From assembly GCA_027315455.1 (NCBI GenBank), contig DAHUXZ010000006.1:8952-72951 (forward strand): 64,000 bases of DNA. The letters run 5' to 3'. Below, piece by piece: positions 28,241 through 37,074 of this stretch. This DNA is from Thermoplasmata archaeon (GTDB taxonomy: Archaea > Thermoplasmatota > Thermoplasmata > Lutacidiplasmatales > UBA184). Numbering within the stretch: the first letter of the stretch is position 1; each line of letters begins with the position of its first letter. Both the position numbers and the translations under genes were made by a program. Below the pieces are notes generated by a model. It searched no databases, was not told the DNA's origin, and was given only the letters and a program-made list of their open reading frames with translations.

Positions 28241-28879
28241 CTACCAGAGCCGGACCGACGGCCCCATCGACGTCTTGACGTAGACGCTCTCGATGTTCGA
28301 GCGTCCGCGCTCGAGCTTGCCCACGATGCGCTGAAGGACGGCGTCCACGTTCTGGGCGAGCTGCTCCGGGGGCATCGATCGGACCCCGACCGGGGCGTGG
28401 AACGTGCGGTTGCCCTTCGAGCGGACCCGGATCGAGCGCTTGAGCGCGGCGATGAGGTTCCCCGGGTCGCTGCCCGGGGGGATCGGCCGGGGCATCTTCC
28501 CCCGGGGGCCGAGCACGACGCCGAGCCGCTTACCGATCGTGGGCATGAGCGGGGCCTCGGCCAGGAAGAAATCGATCTCGGTCACGAGCTTCTTCGCGGC
28601 CCGCTTGTCCTTGACGAGCTCGTCGAGCTCGGCCGGGGCGACCAGGAGGTCGGCCGCGCCCCGGGCCTTCTGGAGCATCTCGGGCGTGGCGAACAGGGCG
28701 ACCTTGACCGCACGCCCCCTCCCGTTCGGCAGCGGGACCTCGTCCTCGATCCGGTTCTTCGGGACGGTGAGGTCGAGCTCCTTGAGGTTGATCGCCAGCT
28801 CCACGGTCTCGCCGAACGCGCGGGCCGGGGACTTGGCGACCGCCTCATTGATGACCTCGAGAGAACTGCGATCCGCCAT
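28241..28879 (-). CDS. rpl1: 50S ribosomal protein L1
   Basis: Full-length L1 similarity. Confidence 0.9.
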   Translation of the reverse strand: MADRSSLEVINEAVAKSPARAFGETVELAINLKELDLTVPKNRIEDEVPLPNGRGRAVKVALFATPEMLQKARGAADLLVAPAELDELVKDKRAAKKLVTEIDFFLAEAPLMPTIGKRLGVVLGPRGKMPRPIPPGSDPGNLIAALKRSIRVRSKGNRTFHAPVGVRSMPPEQLAQNVDAVLQRIVGKLERGRSNIESVYVKTSMGPSVRLW

Positions 28880-29013
28880 GGTGAACCGAGTGAGCGCGGC
28901 CGCCGAGAAGGCACCTCTACATAAAGCTTGAGGCGAGGCGCGCGCTCGTGGGCCGGCGAGGCCCGCCGCCGCGTCTCCCGGCCGTGCGCGGGCACCCGCC
29001 GTGCCCGCAACCC

Positions 29014-29021
29014 TTTATATT
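29014..29021 (+). promoter_or_regulatory. TATA box (TTTATATT) ~25 bp upstream of the rpl44e ATG; leaderless-type promoter
   Basis: Sole AT-rich octamer in the GC-rich intergenic region at canonical spacing. Confidence 0.45.
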
Positions 29022-29042
29022 GAGTACGTCTCGGCGGAGCCG

Positions 29043-29327
29043 ATGCACTATCCAAAGGTCGTATCGACCTATTGCCCGAAGTGTCGCAGCCACACGGCCC
29101 ACGAGGTCGAGAAGGGCAAGAAGCGGCCGGCCTCGGAGCTCAAGTGGGGCCAGCGGCGGTTCCGGCGCGCCACGTCCGGCTACGGCGGGTTCCCCCGTCC
29201 CAAGCCCGAGGGCCGGGCGAAGGCGGTCCGCCGGGTCTATCTCAAGTACCGGTGCAAGAAGTGCAAGTACACGGTCCAGCCCGCGAGCTGGCGCGCGAGC
29301 CAGCTCGAGCTCGTGGAGCACCGGTAG
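29043..29327 (+). CDS. rpl44e: 50S ribosomal protein L44e (eL42)
   Basis: CPKCRSH...C..C zinc ribbon and lysine-rich L44e sequence. Start at the internal Met of the longer ORF. Confidence 0.85.
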   Translation: MHYPKVVSTYCPKCRSHTAHEVEKGKKRPASELKWGQRRFRRATSGYGGFPRPKPEGRAKAVRRVYLKYRCKKCKYTVQPASWRASQLELVEHR

Positions 29328-29338
29328 GGGTGGAAACG

Positions 29339-29512
29339 ATGGCGCCGGCACCGTTCTGGGTCGTCAAGTGTCCGGACTGCTCCGGGGAGCAGACGATCTT
29401 CAGCCGCCCGTCGACGACGGTCAACTGCTCCGTCTGCGGTGCGACGCTCGCGACGCCCACCGGCGGAAAGGCCGCGCTCCGCGGTGAGCTCGTGCGCCCG
29501 GCCTCGGAGTAG
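29339..29512 (+). CDS. rps27e: 30S ribosomal protein S27e
   Basis: FWVVKCPDCSGEQTIFSRPSTTVNCSVCGATL, the S27e zinc ribbon. Confidence 0.85.
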   Translation: MAPAPFWVVKCPDCSGEQTIFSRPSTTVNCSVCGATLATPTGGKAALRGELVRPASE

Positions 29513-29529
29513 GCCGGAGGGAACCGCGA

Positions 29530-30306
29530 ATGCCGCTCCGGGCCGAGTTCCCGGACGAGGGGGACCTCGTCGTCGGGACGGTCACCTCGATCCGCAACTT
29601 CGGCGCCTTCGTCACCCTCGACGAGTACGCCAACCGCGAGGCGTTCATCCATCTCTCGGAGGTCGCCACGGGCTGGGTCAAGTACATCCGTGACCACATC
29701 CGCGAGGGGCAGAAGATCGTCGCGCGGGTCCTTCGCGTCGACACGGGGAAGGGCCAGATCGATCTCTCCCTCAAGCGGATCAACGACCACCAGCGCCGCG
29801 AGCGGATCCAGTCGTGGAAGAACGAGCAGCGGGCGATGCGTCTGCTCGGGCTCGTCGCGCAGCAGCTCAAGATCGAGCCGGACCAGACCCACGCGTTGTT
29901 CGCCGAGTCGCTGGTGGAGCGGTACGGCAGCCTCTTCCAGGCGTTCGAAGCGGCGAGCGCCGACGCGAAGAAGTTCCAGAAGGACGCGGGCAAGTCGCCC
30001 TGGGCGACGGCCGTCCTCAAGGTCGCCCGGGAGAACATCGTTCCCCCGCACGTCGCGATCACCGGTACGCTCGAGGTGACCGACGCCGGGCCGAACGGCC
30101 TCGAGGCGGTGCGGGCGGCGCTGCTCGAGGCGGAGAAGGTCGACCCGGAGTCCGTGACGGTCCAGTACGTGGGCGCGCCCCGCTACCGGGTCGTCGTGAG
30201 CGGGACCCAGTACAAGCACGCCGAGGAGATTCTCCGCCGGGCGACGGAGGCGGCGCTCGCGCGGATCAAGGAGACCGGGGGCCAGGGCACGTTCGCCCGC
30301 GCATGA
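29530..30306 (+). CDS. eif2a: translation initiation factor 2 alpha subunit
   Basis: S1 domain (VVGTVTSIRNFGAFVTLDEY) plus aIF2-alpha helical and C-terminal domains. Confidence 0.9.
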   Translation: MPLRAEFPDEGDLVVGTVTSIRNFGAFVTLDEYANREAFIHLSEVATGWVKYIRDHIREGQKIVARVLRVDTGKGQIDLSLKRINDHQRRERIQSWKNEQRAMRLLGLVAQQLKIEPDQTHALFAESLVERYGSLFQAFEAASADAKKFQKDAGKSPWATAVLKVARENIVPPHVAITGTLEVTDAGPNGLEAVRAALLEAEKVDPESVTVQYVGAPRYRVVVSGTQYKHAEEILRRATEAALARIKETGGQGTFARA

Positions 30307-30479
30307 CGGAGCCGCTCCTCCACCTCTGCCGCGCCTGCGGGCGCTACACCCTCACCGACCGGTGCCCCCGGTGCGCGGGCCCGGTCCGCAACCCGCATCC
30401 GGCGCGGTTCTCGCCCCAGGACCGCTGGGCCAAGTACCGCCGCGCCCTTACTGCTCCTCCCTCCTCGGGAGGATCGTAG
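30303..30479 (+). CDS. nop10: H/ACA RNP protein Nop10
   Basis: LHLCRACGRYTLTDRCPRCAG zinc ribbon. Immediately downstream of eif2a, the conserved archaeal position. Overlaps eif2a by 4 nt. Confidence 0.8.
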   Translation: MTEPLLHLCRACGRYTLTDRCPRCAGPVRNPHPARFSPQDRWAKYRRALTAPPSSGGS

Positions 30480-30486
30480 AACCGTC

Positions 30487-31011
30487 ATGTCGGCCGTCAT
30501 GCACCGGATCAAGGTCGTCAACGACATCAGCGAACTCGTCCCCGTTCTCCGGGCCGTCGATACCCCGGTGAAGCTCAAGCTCGTCCAGCGCCTCGCCGAC
30601 AGCTGGCTCACCGGCGACGACGTCCTGCAGGAGTTCGGCAAGGAGGGGGCGAAGGCGCTCACCTTCTTCGAGAAGCTCAAGCTGATCGATACGCGCTGGG
30701 TCTCGCGGGAGGGTCGGCGCCAACCCGACAAGAGCTACCACTTCTACTACTCCACGATCAACATCAACACGACCGCCCCGCTCCAGGAGGTCTCGGAGAT
30801 CCTCGCGATCGCGTCGATGGCGAACAAGGACTACGAGCGGTTCGAATCCCAGATCTACGAGGCGGTGGGCGAGGGCGGCCGGTTCTTCTCCGACGTGGCC
30901 GAGGAGCTCGGGATGACCCCGACCCGTCTCAAGGGGCTGGTCAAGCGCTCCGACAAGCTCGAGTACCGGGGCCACCGGGTCGAGCGGTTCCATGCCGCGC
31001 CGGTCCCGTAG
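30487..31011 (+). CDS. hypothetical protein with two predicted winged-helix DNA-binding domains
   Basis: ArsR-like helix pattern (LVPVLRAVDTPVKLKLVQRL) and a second wHTH near the C-terminus. Embedded in the nop10-aTrm56 block. Confidence 0.45.
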   Translation: MSAVMHRIKVVNDISELVPVLRAVDTPVKLKLVQRLADSWLTGDDVLQEFGKEGAKALTFFEKLKLIDTRWVSREGRRQPDKSYHFYYSTININTTAPLQEVSEILAIASMANKDYERFESQIYEAVGEGGRFFSDVAEELGMTPTRLKGLVKRSDKLEYRGHRVERFHAAPVP

Positions 31012-31540
31012 GTCGGCGCCGGGCCACGTCGAGGTCCTGCGCATCGGCCACCGGGCCGGCCGCGACCCGCGCCTCACGACCCACCTCGCGCTCACCGCCC
31101 GCGCCTTCGGCGCCGAGCGGCTCTACCTCCACCCGCCGGACCCCGCGCTCGCCGAGCGCCTCGTCAAGGTCGCCGCGCAGTGGGGAGGGGGGTTCGCGGT
31201 CGAAGGAGTGCGCGACTGGCGGGCGGTCGTCCGCGATCACGGCGGCGCCGTGGTCCACCTCACCATGTACGGCGAGCCGCTCGCTCGCGTCCTTCCCCGC
31301 CTCCGGCGCGCGGACCGGATCCTCTTCGTCGTCGGGGGCGCGAAGGTCCCGAGCGAGCTGTACGCCCGCTCGACGTACAACGTCGCCGTGGGCCACCAGC
31401 CCCACAGCGAGGTGGCGGCGCTCGCGGTGGCGCTGGCGCTCCTAAGCGGGGTGCCGGGTCCGGGGGCGTGGCCGGGGGCCCGACAGGTGATCGTCCCCCA
31501 GGCGCGGGGGAAACGGGTCGTCGATGCGGGGGCCCCGTGA
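30992..31540 (+). CDS. trm56: tRNA (cytidine56-2'-O)-methyltransferase aTrm56 (SPOUT family)
   Basis: VEVLRIGHRAGRDPRLTTHLALTARAFGA matches the aTrm56 N-terminal signature. Confidence 0.8.
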   Translation: MPRRSRRSAPGHVEVLRIGHRAGRDPRLTTHLALTARAFGAERLYLHPPDPALAERLVKVAAQWGGGFAVEGVRDWRAVVRDHGGAVVHLTMYGEPLARVLPRLRRADRILFVVGGAKVPSELYARSTYNVAVGHQPHSEVAALAVALALLSGVPGPGAWPGARQVIVPQARGKRVVDAGAP

Positions 31541-32532
31541 GCTCGCCGCCGATCCCCGCGCAGGCGCTGCCGCTCGCGGCCCGGGCCCCGGGAAAGTGCA
31601 TCCTCTTCGGCGAGCACGCGATCGTCCACGGTCGCCCGGCGCTGCTGCTCGCGATCGACCTGTTCACCCAGGTCGCCCTGCGCGAGTCCGACGCGCTCCG
31701 CCTCAACGGCCGGGTCGACGAGGCGGCCGCCCACCCGTACCTGCGCGAGGCGATCGCGCGTCTGCGCCCCCCGACCGCCGCGCCGCTCGAGGTCACCGTC
31801 ACCTCGCGCCTCCCCAAGGCCGCGGGGCTCGGCTCGTCGGCCGCGTTCTCCTCGGCCCTCGCGGCCGGACTCCTCGCCAGCGCCGGCGGGGCCGCCCGCG
31901 AGCGGCTCGCGCTCGAGGCGTTCGCGATCGAGCGCGGAGCGCAGGGCGTGGGAAGTCCCGGCGACACGACGGCGAGCGTCGCGGGGGGGTACGTCGCCGT
32001 CAACGGCGGCGACGGGCCGCCGCTGTGGGAGCTCGCGGACGACACCCGTCGCTGGGCCGTCCGTCGCGTCCGCGACCCGGGCTGGGTCTGGCTCCTCGCC
32101 TACTCGAAGGTCCCCCGCGACACCGCGGCGACGGTCCGCGCCGTGGGCGCTCGTCTGGCCCGGCCCGACGGGGAGGAGCTCCTCGCCCGCTTCGGCGACG
32201 TCGCGACGCGCGGCATCGCCGCCGTCACCGACGAGGACCGGGCCGGGGTCGCGCGGCTGCTCGGCGAGAACCACGCGCTCCTGCGCGAGGTCGGGGTCTC
32301 CCACCCGCGCCTCGAGGCGCTGATCGAGGCCGTCGCGCCGGTCGTTCAGGGGGCGAAGCTCACCGGGGCCGGGGCCGGCGGGTCGATCGTCGCCCTGCCG
32401 CACCCCGGGCGCGAGATCGACGCGGCCCGACGGGTGGCGCGCGCCGGCGGGGTCGCCTACGTCGTCCGCGCCTCCCGCGCGGGAGCCGCCCTCATCGGCT
32501 CGGCGACCGGGGACCCCGCGGGGTCCGACTAG
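31537..32532 (+). CDS. mvk: mevalonate kinase (GHMP kinase)
   Basis: APGKCILFGEHAIVHG and GHMP motifs (PKAAGLGSSAA...). GTG start overlaps the aTrm56 stop (GTGA). Confidence 0.8.
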   Translation: MSSPPIPAQALPLAARAPGKCILFGEHAIVHGRPALLLAIDLFTQVALRESDALRLNGRVDEAAAHPYLREAIARLRPPTAAPLEVTVTSRLPKAAGLGSSAAFSSALAAGLLASAGGAARERLALEAFAIERGAQGVGSPGDTTASVAGGYVAVNGGDGPPLWELADDTRRWAVRRVRDPGWVWLLAYSKVPRDTAATVRAVGARLARPDGEELLARFGDVATRGIAAVTDEDRAGVARLLGENHALLREVGVSHPRLEALIEAVAPVVQGAKLTGAGAGGSIVALPHPGREIDAARRVARAGGVAYVVRASRAGAALIGSATGDPAGSD

Positions 32533-33725
32533 CGCCGCGCGACGATGCGGACGACGGCGCCCGCGGTGAGCGGGTGGTCGGCGGCCATGGCGCGGTGGGT
32601 GCGGCCGTCGATCGCGCGGATGAAGTTCTCCCCGAGGTCGGTGTGCACGCGGTAGGCGAGACCCCGGGCGGGCGTATCGGCCGGGACGAGGAGCGCGTCG
32701 GGCAGGATCCGTCCGCGGGAGTCGGTCCAGCGCGTCTCGTCCTCGACCGGGTAGACCACGATCTGGCGCAGCCGCTCGAAGACCATCGCTTCGAGCGCCG
32801 CCTGGACGCCCGTCGAGCCCCATCGTCCGAGGATCTGGCGGATCTCCTCGAGGGCGCGGCGCTGCGGGGCGCTGAGGGCGGCCGGGTCGCGCTCGGCGAA
32901 CGCCGGGTCGCCGGGGCGGTAGCTCACGAGCTGGGCGCGGGCGGCCCGGCGCAGGGTGAGCTCCGCCTCGGCGCACGTCGGCACGAGCGGCACGGGGTCG
33001 ATCCGCGTAGCGAGCTCGGCCGTCGACGCGGGGGTGGTCCGGTCGCACTTGTTCGCCGCCACGAGCCGGGGCTTGGCGATCGAAAGGACGGTCCGGGCGA
33101 GGCGGACCCGCTCCTCCCGCGTCCACGCCGACGGGTGGGCGCGGTCGAGCGGATGCGCGCGGAGCGCCTGCTGGATCGCGGCGAGCGGGATCGACAGGCC
33201 GGTCAAGCGGGCGTGCACGAACTCCTCGACCTTGCCCCCCTCCAGCTCCAGGCTACGGGCGCTTCGATCGAAGTCGCGTCCGAGGACCTCGGCGGTCCAC
33301 GCGACGAGCTCGTCCTCGAGCCAGCGGACCTCGTCGGCCGGGTCCTGGCTTCCGGCCGGAGCGAGGACCCCCTCGGCCGTCGTCCCGCCGGAGGCGTCGA
33401 CGACCTGGAGGAACCCGTCGGCGGCCCGAAGGTCGTCGAGGAACTGATGGCCGAGGCCCTTGCCCTCGTGCGCCCCGGGGACCAGCCCCGGGACGTCCAC
33501 CAGGCTCACCGGGACCCAGCGGGTCCCGTCGACGCAGCGCGCGTTGCCCGGAGTGCAGGCGGTCCCCTTCTCGGTGTGGGGGCACGGCACCCGCACGGCG
33601 CCGACCCCCCGGTGCGGGGCGATCGTCGTGAACGGGTAGGGGGCCATCGGCACGTCGAGGAGGGTGAGCGCGTTGAACAGCGTCGACTTCCCGACGTTCG
33701 GCTTCCCGACGACCCCGACCTCCAT
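32529..33725 (-). CDS. YchF/OLA1-like Obg-family GTPase with TGS domain and a Cys-rich insertion
   Basis: VGVVGKPNVGKSTLFNALT, DVPGLV and a C-terminal TGS-like end. Insertion CPHTEKGTACTPGNARC sits within the G domain. Confidence 0.7.
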   Translation of the reverse strand: MEVGVVGKPNVGKSTLFNALTLLDVPMAPYPFTTIAPHRGVGAVRVPCPHTEKGTACTPGNARCVDGTRWVPVSLVDVPGLVPGAHEGKGLGHQFLDDLRAADGFLQVVDASGGTTAEGVLAPAGSQDPADEVRWLEDELVAWTAEVLGRDFDRSARSLELEGGKVEEFVHARLTGLSIPLAAIQQALRAHPLDRAHPSAWTREERVRLARTVLSIAKPRLVAANKCDRTTPASTAELATRIDPVPLVPTCAEAELTLRRAARAQLVSYRPGDPAFAERDPAALSAPQRRALEEIRQILGRWGSTGVQAALEAMVFERLRQIVVYPVEDETRWTDSRGRILPDALLVPADTPARGLAYRVHTDLGENFIRAIDGRTHRAMAADHPLTAGAVVRIVARR

Positions 33726-33746
33726 CGCCGACCTCGCACCTCTCGG

Positions 33747-34292
33747 CTAGACGGAGTAGTCGGGCCGGATCTCGGCCGCTCCCGAGGATCGGTTCGCGTA
33801 GAGCGCGAGCGCGAACAACAGATCGCTCAGCCGGTTCGCCCACGCCAACAGCTCCGGGGCGACCGGTTCGGAGTCGTTCAGGCCCCAGAGGGAGCGCTCG
33901 GCCCGACGGGCGACCGCGCGCGCGACGTGGAGCTCCGCCCCGACGCTCCCGCCTCCGGGCAGGACGAAGGAGGCGAGGTCGGTCAACTCCTTCGCGTAAC
34001 GGTCGATCTCGGACTCGAGACGCGTCACGTGCCCGGGCCCGATGCGATGCGCTCCCGCGGCGCCGGAGCTCGCGAGCTCGGCCTGCGCGACGAACAGCTC
34101 GTGCTGAAGCCGCGTGAGCAGCCCCGCGAGATCGGCATCGCGGCCGGCGAGGAGGGCCCGGGCGAGCCCCAGGTGGGCCCCTACCTCATCGAGGTCCCCG
34201 ACGGTCGCGATGCGCCGTGCGGTCTTCGCTACGCGTTGACCGCCCAGGAGACCGGTCTCGCCCCGGTCGCCACTACGGGTGTATAGCCGCGT
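33747..34292 (-). CDS. PduO-type ATP:cob(I)alamin adenosyltransferase (no canonical start; ACG at 34292 aligns with the family's Met1)
   Basis: Minus-strand translation gives T-RLYTRSGDRGETGLLGG...FVLPGG...HVARAVARRAER, the PduO-type signature. The frame is open upstream with no ATG/GTG/TTG. GGAGG lies ~10 nt upstream of the ACG. Confidence 0.65.
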   Translation of the reverse strand, partial: TRLYTRSGDRGETGLLGGQRVAKTARRIATVGDLDEVGAHLGLARALLAGRDADLAGLLTRLQHELFVAQAELASSGAAGAHRIGPGHVTRLESEIDRYAKELTDLASFVLPGGGSVGAELHVARAVARRAERSLWGLNDSEPVAPELLAWANRLSDLLFALALYANRSSGAAEIRPDYSV

Positions 34293-34489
34293 GGTACCCT
34301 CGCCTCCGGCCGCCCGGGGAGCGCATCGAGGGGAGAGCTCAGCCCGTGGACGGGACAGAACGAGATGTGCAGCACCTCATTATGCTTGGCGTCCTGACGG
34401 CACAATCGGCAGATGAACCCGCTCCGCTCGCTCCACGCAACCACGCCCAACGCTTCCATTCGCTACCGCTCCCTCGAAACCCCGGGGCC

Positions 34490-34891
34490 CTAGCGCTCGA
34501 GGAGGCCCCGCCCCTCGCGGTCCACTCGCTTTCGGTCCCGGGATCGGTCGGAGGTCTCCCGGGCGGCCTTTCTCAGCTCGCGCCACTGCTCGACGTGGAG
34601 CCGGTGGAGCGAGTCGAGGCCCATCGTCAGGACGAGGGTGAGCGCCCCGTCCACGTCGCGGGCATAGCCGTCGTCGACCAGCGTCTCGAGTTTCGAGCGC
34701 AACGTCACCGGTAGATCGAGGCCGCGGGGTCCGGCCACCGGTCCCGTCGCCCCGATGAGGGCGCGCACCGCGTGGGACCGGCTCGGACTCCCGTGCTCCG
34801 TTCGCCAGGTGTCGAGGCGCTCGAGCTCCTCGGACGTCAGCCGGAGACCGACGAACTTCGTCGCCGGTCCGCTTGAGCGAGGGACTCGCAC
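34490..34891 (-). CDS. ribbon-helix-helix (CopG-family) DNA-binding protein
   Basis: KFVGLRLTSEELERLDTWRTEHGSPSRSHAVRALI is an RHH beta-strand plus two helices. GTG start. Confidence 0.6.
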   Translation of the reverse strand: MRVPRSSGPATKFVGLRLTSEELERLDTWRTEHGSPSRSHAVRALIGATGPVAGPRGLDLPVTLRSKLETLVDDGYARDVDGALTLVLTMGLDSLHRLHVEQWRELRKAARETSDRSRDRKRVDREGRGLLER

Positions 34892-34894
34892 GGC

Positions 34895-34943
34895 GTTAAA
34901 CAGAACTCAACGTCTATTTAGATATTGTGACTTTTTGTTTAAC
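34895..34943. promoter_or_regulatory. inverted repeat GTTAAACA-N33-TGTTTAAC bracketing an AT-rich TATA-like segment, immediately upstream of the RHH gene
   Basis: Perfect 8-bp arms at 34895-34902 and 34936-34943 in the only AT-rich stretch of the divergent intergenic region. Confidence 0.4.
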
Positions 34944-35160
34944 ATCGGCGGTACTCCCTTCGTCGAACGGCGGTGGGGGTTCGTTCCGCCTCCACGGACC
35001 GTAGGGGTGCGGCGGGCGGCTTCTCCCCGCCCTCCGGACCGCCCCCGATCTCTCCGACGGCGGCGGTCCTCCCGCGGACCGGAACGCTCCGCCCGCGGTC
35101 CGAGGGCCGGCGTGCGCCGGCAGCGGCATCTCCTTACGTGGGAAGCGACGACCGTTCGTC

Positions 35161-35556
35161 GTGGAGCTCGGCCCGTGCAGCCGCTGCGGGACGCGCAACC
35201 CCCCGGGCAGCCGGTTCTGTTCGCACTGCGGTCGACCCCTGGCGGCCGACGCCGGCGCTCCCACCGGGCCGGGGTTACTTTCGGCGTGGTGGCCGGTCGA
35301 CCCTTCCGCCTCGCTGCCGGGGCGGGATATCCGCTACGTCCTGATCGTCCTGGGGATCGCGCTCGCCCTCGTCGGGATCCTGCTGCTCGTCGCCGGGGCA
35401 ATGATCTCGAGCGCCCTCGCCGCCGGGGCCTCGGGGTGCGTCGGGTCGGGCTGCGCTTCCGTCGACCCGGGGGTGTGGTTCGAGTGGTTCGGACTTCCGC
35501 TGTTGGTCCTCGGGATCGGCCTGGTCGCCGCCGGGATCCTGTGGGCACTGCGGTAG
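35161..35556 (+). CDS. zinc-ribbon domain membrane protein
   Basis: N-terminal CSRCGTRNPPGSRFCSHCG zinc ribbon followed by two predicted TM helices. GTG start. Confidence 0.45.
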   Translation: MELGPCSRCGTRNPPGSRFCSHCGRPLAADAGAPTGPGLLSAWWPVDPSASLPGRDIRYVLIVLGIALALVGILLLVAGAMISSALAAGASGCVGSGCASVDPGVWFEWFGLPLLVLGIGLVAAGILWALR

Positions 35557-35575
35557 GGTCGCCGGGCTTCGGGGC

Positions 35576-36544
35576 CTAGAACATGTCGCCGCGATGGTTG
35601 GAGAAGGCCGGGTCGCTCCCGAGCGGGCGAAGGTCCTCCCCCAGCGACCGGGCCGGGACGAGCGGCTTGGCCATGAGGACCGCGTGGGAGACCGGGGAGA
35701 CGAGGAACCCCCCCTCCCTCAGGTCGACCTCGGCGTCCGTGACGAACGACGTCGATTGGAACGTGAGCCACCGGCCCCGGGCGAGGGAACGGAGGGCCGC
35801 GAGCATCGCCGGCCGGTGCTCCGGCGAAGGGACCACGACCTCGCTCGCGGTGAGGCTCCACGGCTTGTCGTCCGAGAGGTAGGCGTATCCCACGGGTCGG
35901 CGTCCGTCAAATAGGATGCGGAAGTTCTTCCAGCTCCGTCCGCCGAGGCGCGCGCGGAGCGTCGCCTGCGCCGGCGGGCGCGGGAGGAAACCCAGTCGGC
36001 CGTGCGTCCCGGAACGGAGGATCCGTTCGATCCGCCCGGCGTCCGCGGCACCGGCGACGAGCAGCCGGTAGCGCCCCGGCGGCCGTCGCGCCGCGGAGGA
36101 CGGGACCCGGCCCAGGGCGTAGGGCGTCGAGTAGATGTCCTGGTATCCGAGCGATTCATACAGGCGATGCGCGCCCCAGCTCCGCCGGGTCCAGAGGAAC
36201 GACCAGCGGGCCCCGTCGGCCCTCGAGCGTCGGTGCACCTCCTGGAGCAGGGCCCGGGCGTAGCCCCGTCCGAGCCCCGGCGGCCGGGTCACGACGTCCG
36301 CGACCCCGACGACCGGCTGCGTCCCGGTCCGCCCGGTGAACGGGAGGCGCAGGGTCTCGACCCGGGCGAGAAGCTCGTCCCCCTCGACGGCGTAGACGCC
36401 CCAGTAGTCGGTCGTCGGGTAGCCGAGCCGGCGCAGCCGTCCCAGGAACCGGTCGTCCTGCGGGGATTCGTTGTCGCAGACCCCCAGGGCGGCGAGCTGG
36501 GGCCTAAGGCCGGTCGGCAGCCCCGCCAGGTCGTAGATCTTCAC
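35576..36544 (-). CDS. GNAT-family N-acetyltransferase (two-domain)
   Basis: Acetyl-CoA-binding motif RPPGLGRGYARALL within GNAT fold pattern. Confidence 0.6.
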   Translation of the reverse strand: MKIYDLAGLPTGLRPQLAALGVCDNESPQDDRFLGRLRRLGYPTTDYWGVYAVEGDELLARVETLRLPFTGRTGTQPVVGVADVVTRPPGLGRGYARALLQEVHRRSRADGARWSFLWTRRSWGAHRLYESLGYQDIYSTPYALGRVPSSAARRPPGRYRLLVAGAADAGRIERILRSGTHGRLGFLPRPPAQATLRARLGGRSWKNFRILFDGRRPVGYAYLSDDKPWSLTASEVVVPSPEHRPAMLAALRSLARGRWLTFQSTSFVTDAEVDLREGGFLVSPVSHAVLMAKPLVPARSLGEDLRPLGSDPAFSNHRGDMF

Positions 36545-36580
36545 GGACCGCTGTCGTGGGACGACGTCGGATCCCGCGGC

Positions 36581-36868
36581 CTACGCTTGGACCGTGATCT
36601 TCCCGGAGCGGCCCGCGGAGACCTGGAGCTTCCCGCGGAAGTCCTTCACCCAGCCGTCGGTGATCCGGATCTTCTGGCCGACCTGGTAGCGCCGCGTGTC
36701 CTCGCCCCACAGGGTCAGGGTGATCGACCCGGTCTCGTCGGTCAGGGTCGCGTCGGCCACCTGGGAGGGGCCCCGCGCTGTCGTGACATCCCGCACTGCG
36801 GAGATCGCGGTGATGGTCGCGTCGATCGTCGCGCTCTGGTTCGCTCGGAGGGTGGCGATGCCGGTCAT
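36581..36868 (-). CDS. single OB-fold nucleic-acid-binding protein (SSB/RPA-like)
   Basis: 95 aa. ITLTLWGEDTRRYQVGQKIRITDGWVKDFRGKLQVS matches the OB-fold ssDNA-binding pattern of archaeal SSB/RPA. Confidence 0.55.
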   Translation of the reverse strand: MTGIATLRANQSATIDATITAISAVRDVTTARGPSQVADATLTDETGSITLTLWGEDTRRYQVGQKIRITDGWVKDFRGKLQVSAGRSGKITVQA

Positions 36869-37074
36869 GCCGACCGGGGTGAGCCGGCGGAGCGTATAGC
36901 CGTCCCCCTTGCCAGATTCGGGCCCGTCCGGGGGCTGCCGGCCCCCCGCCTCCCGCCGTACCCCCTACCGTGCGCGCCGACCGACGGCCCCGCGGACCGG
37001 CGGCGCGGGTCGAGAGGTTATGGGCCCCGCGTCCCTCTGCGGCCGTGAGCTCGACCCCCGCGCCCCCTCCCCCG

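Noticed and set aside
31524-34286. 920-aa plus-strand ORF spanning mvk, the YchF-like GTPase and the PduO-type gene
   Set aside because: Gly/Arg/Pro-rich low-complexity translation, antisense or alternate-frame to three well-supported genes. Typical stop-poor artefact of ~70% GC DNA.
34229-34459. 76-aa Cys-containing ORF (CRLC...CPVH) between the RHH gene and the PduO-type gene
   Set aside because: Overlaps the homologous 5' end of the PduO-type gene by ~60 nt in another frame. Kept only as a note within the PduO finding.
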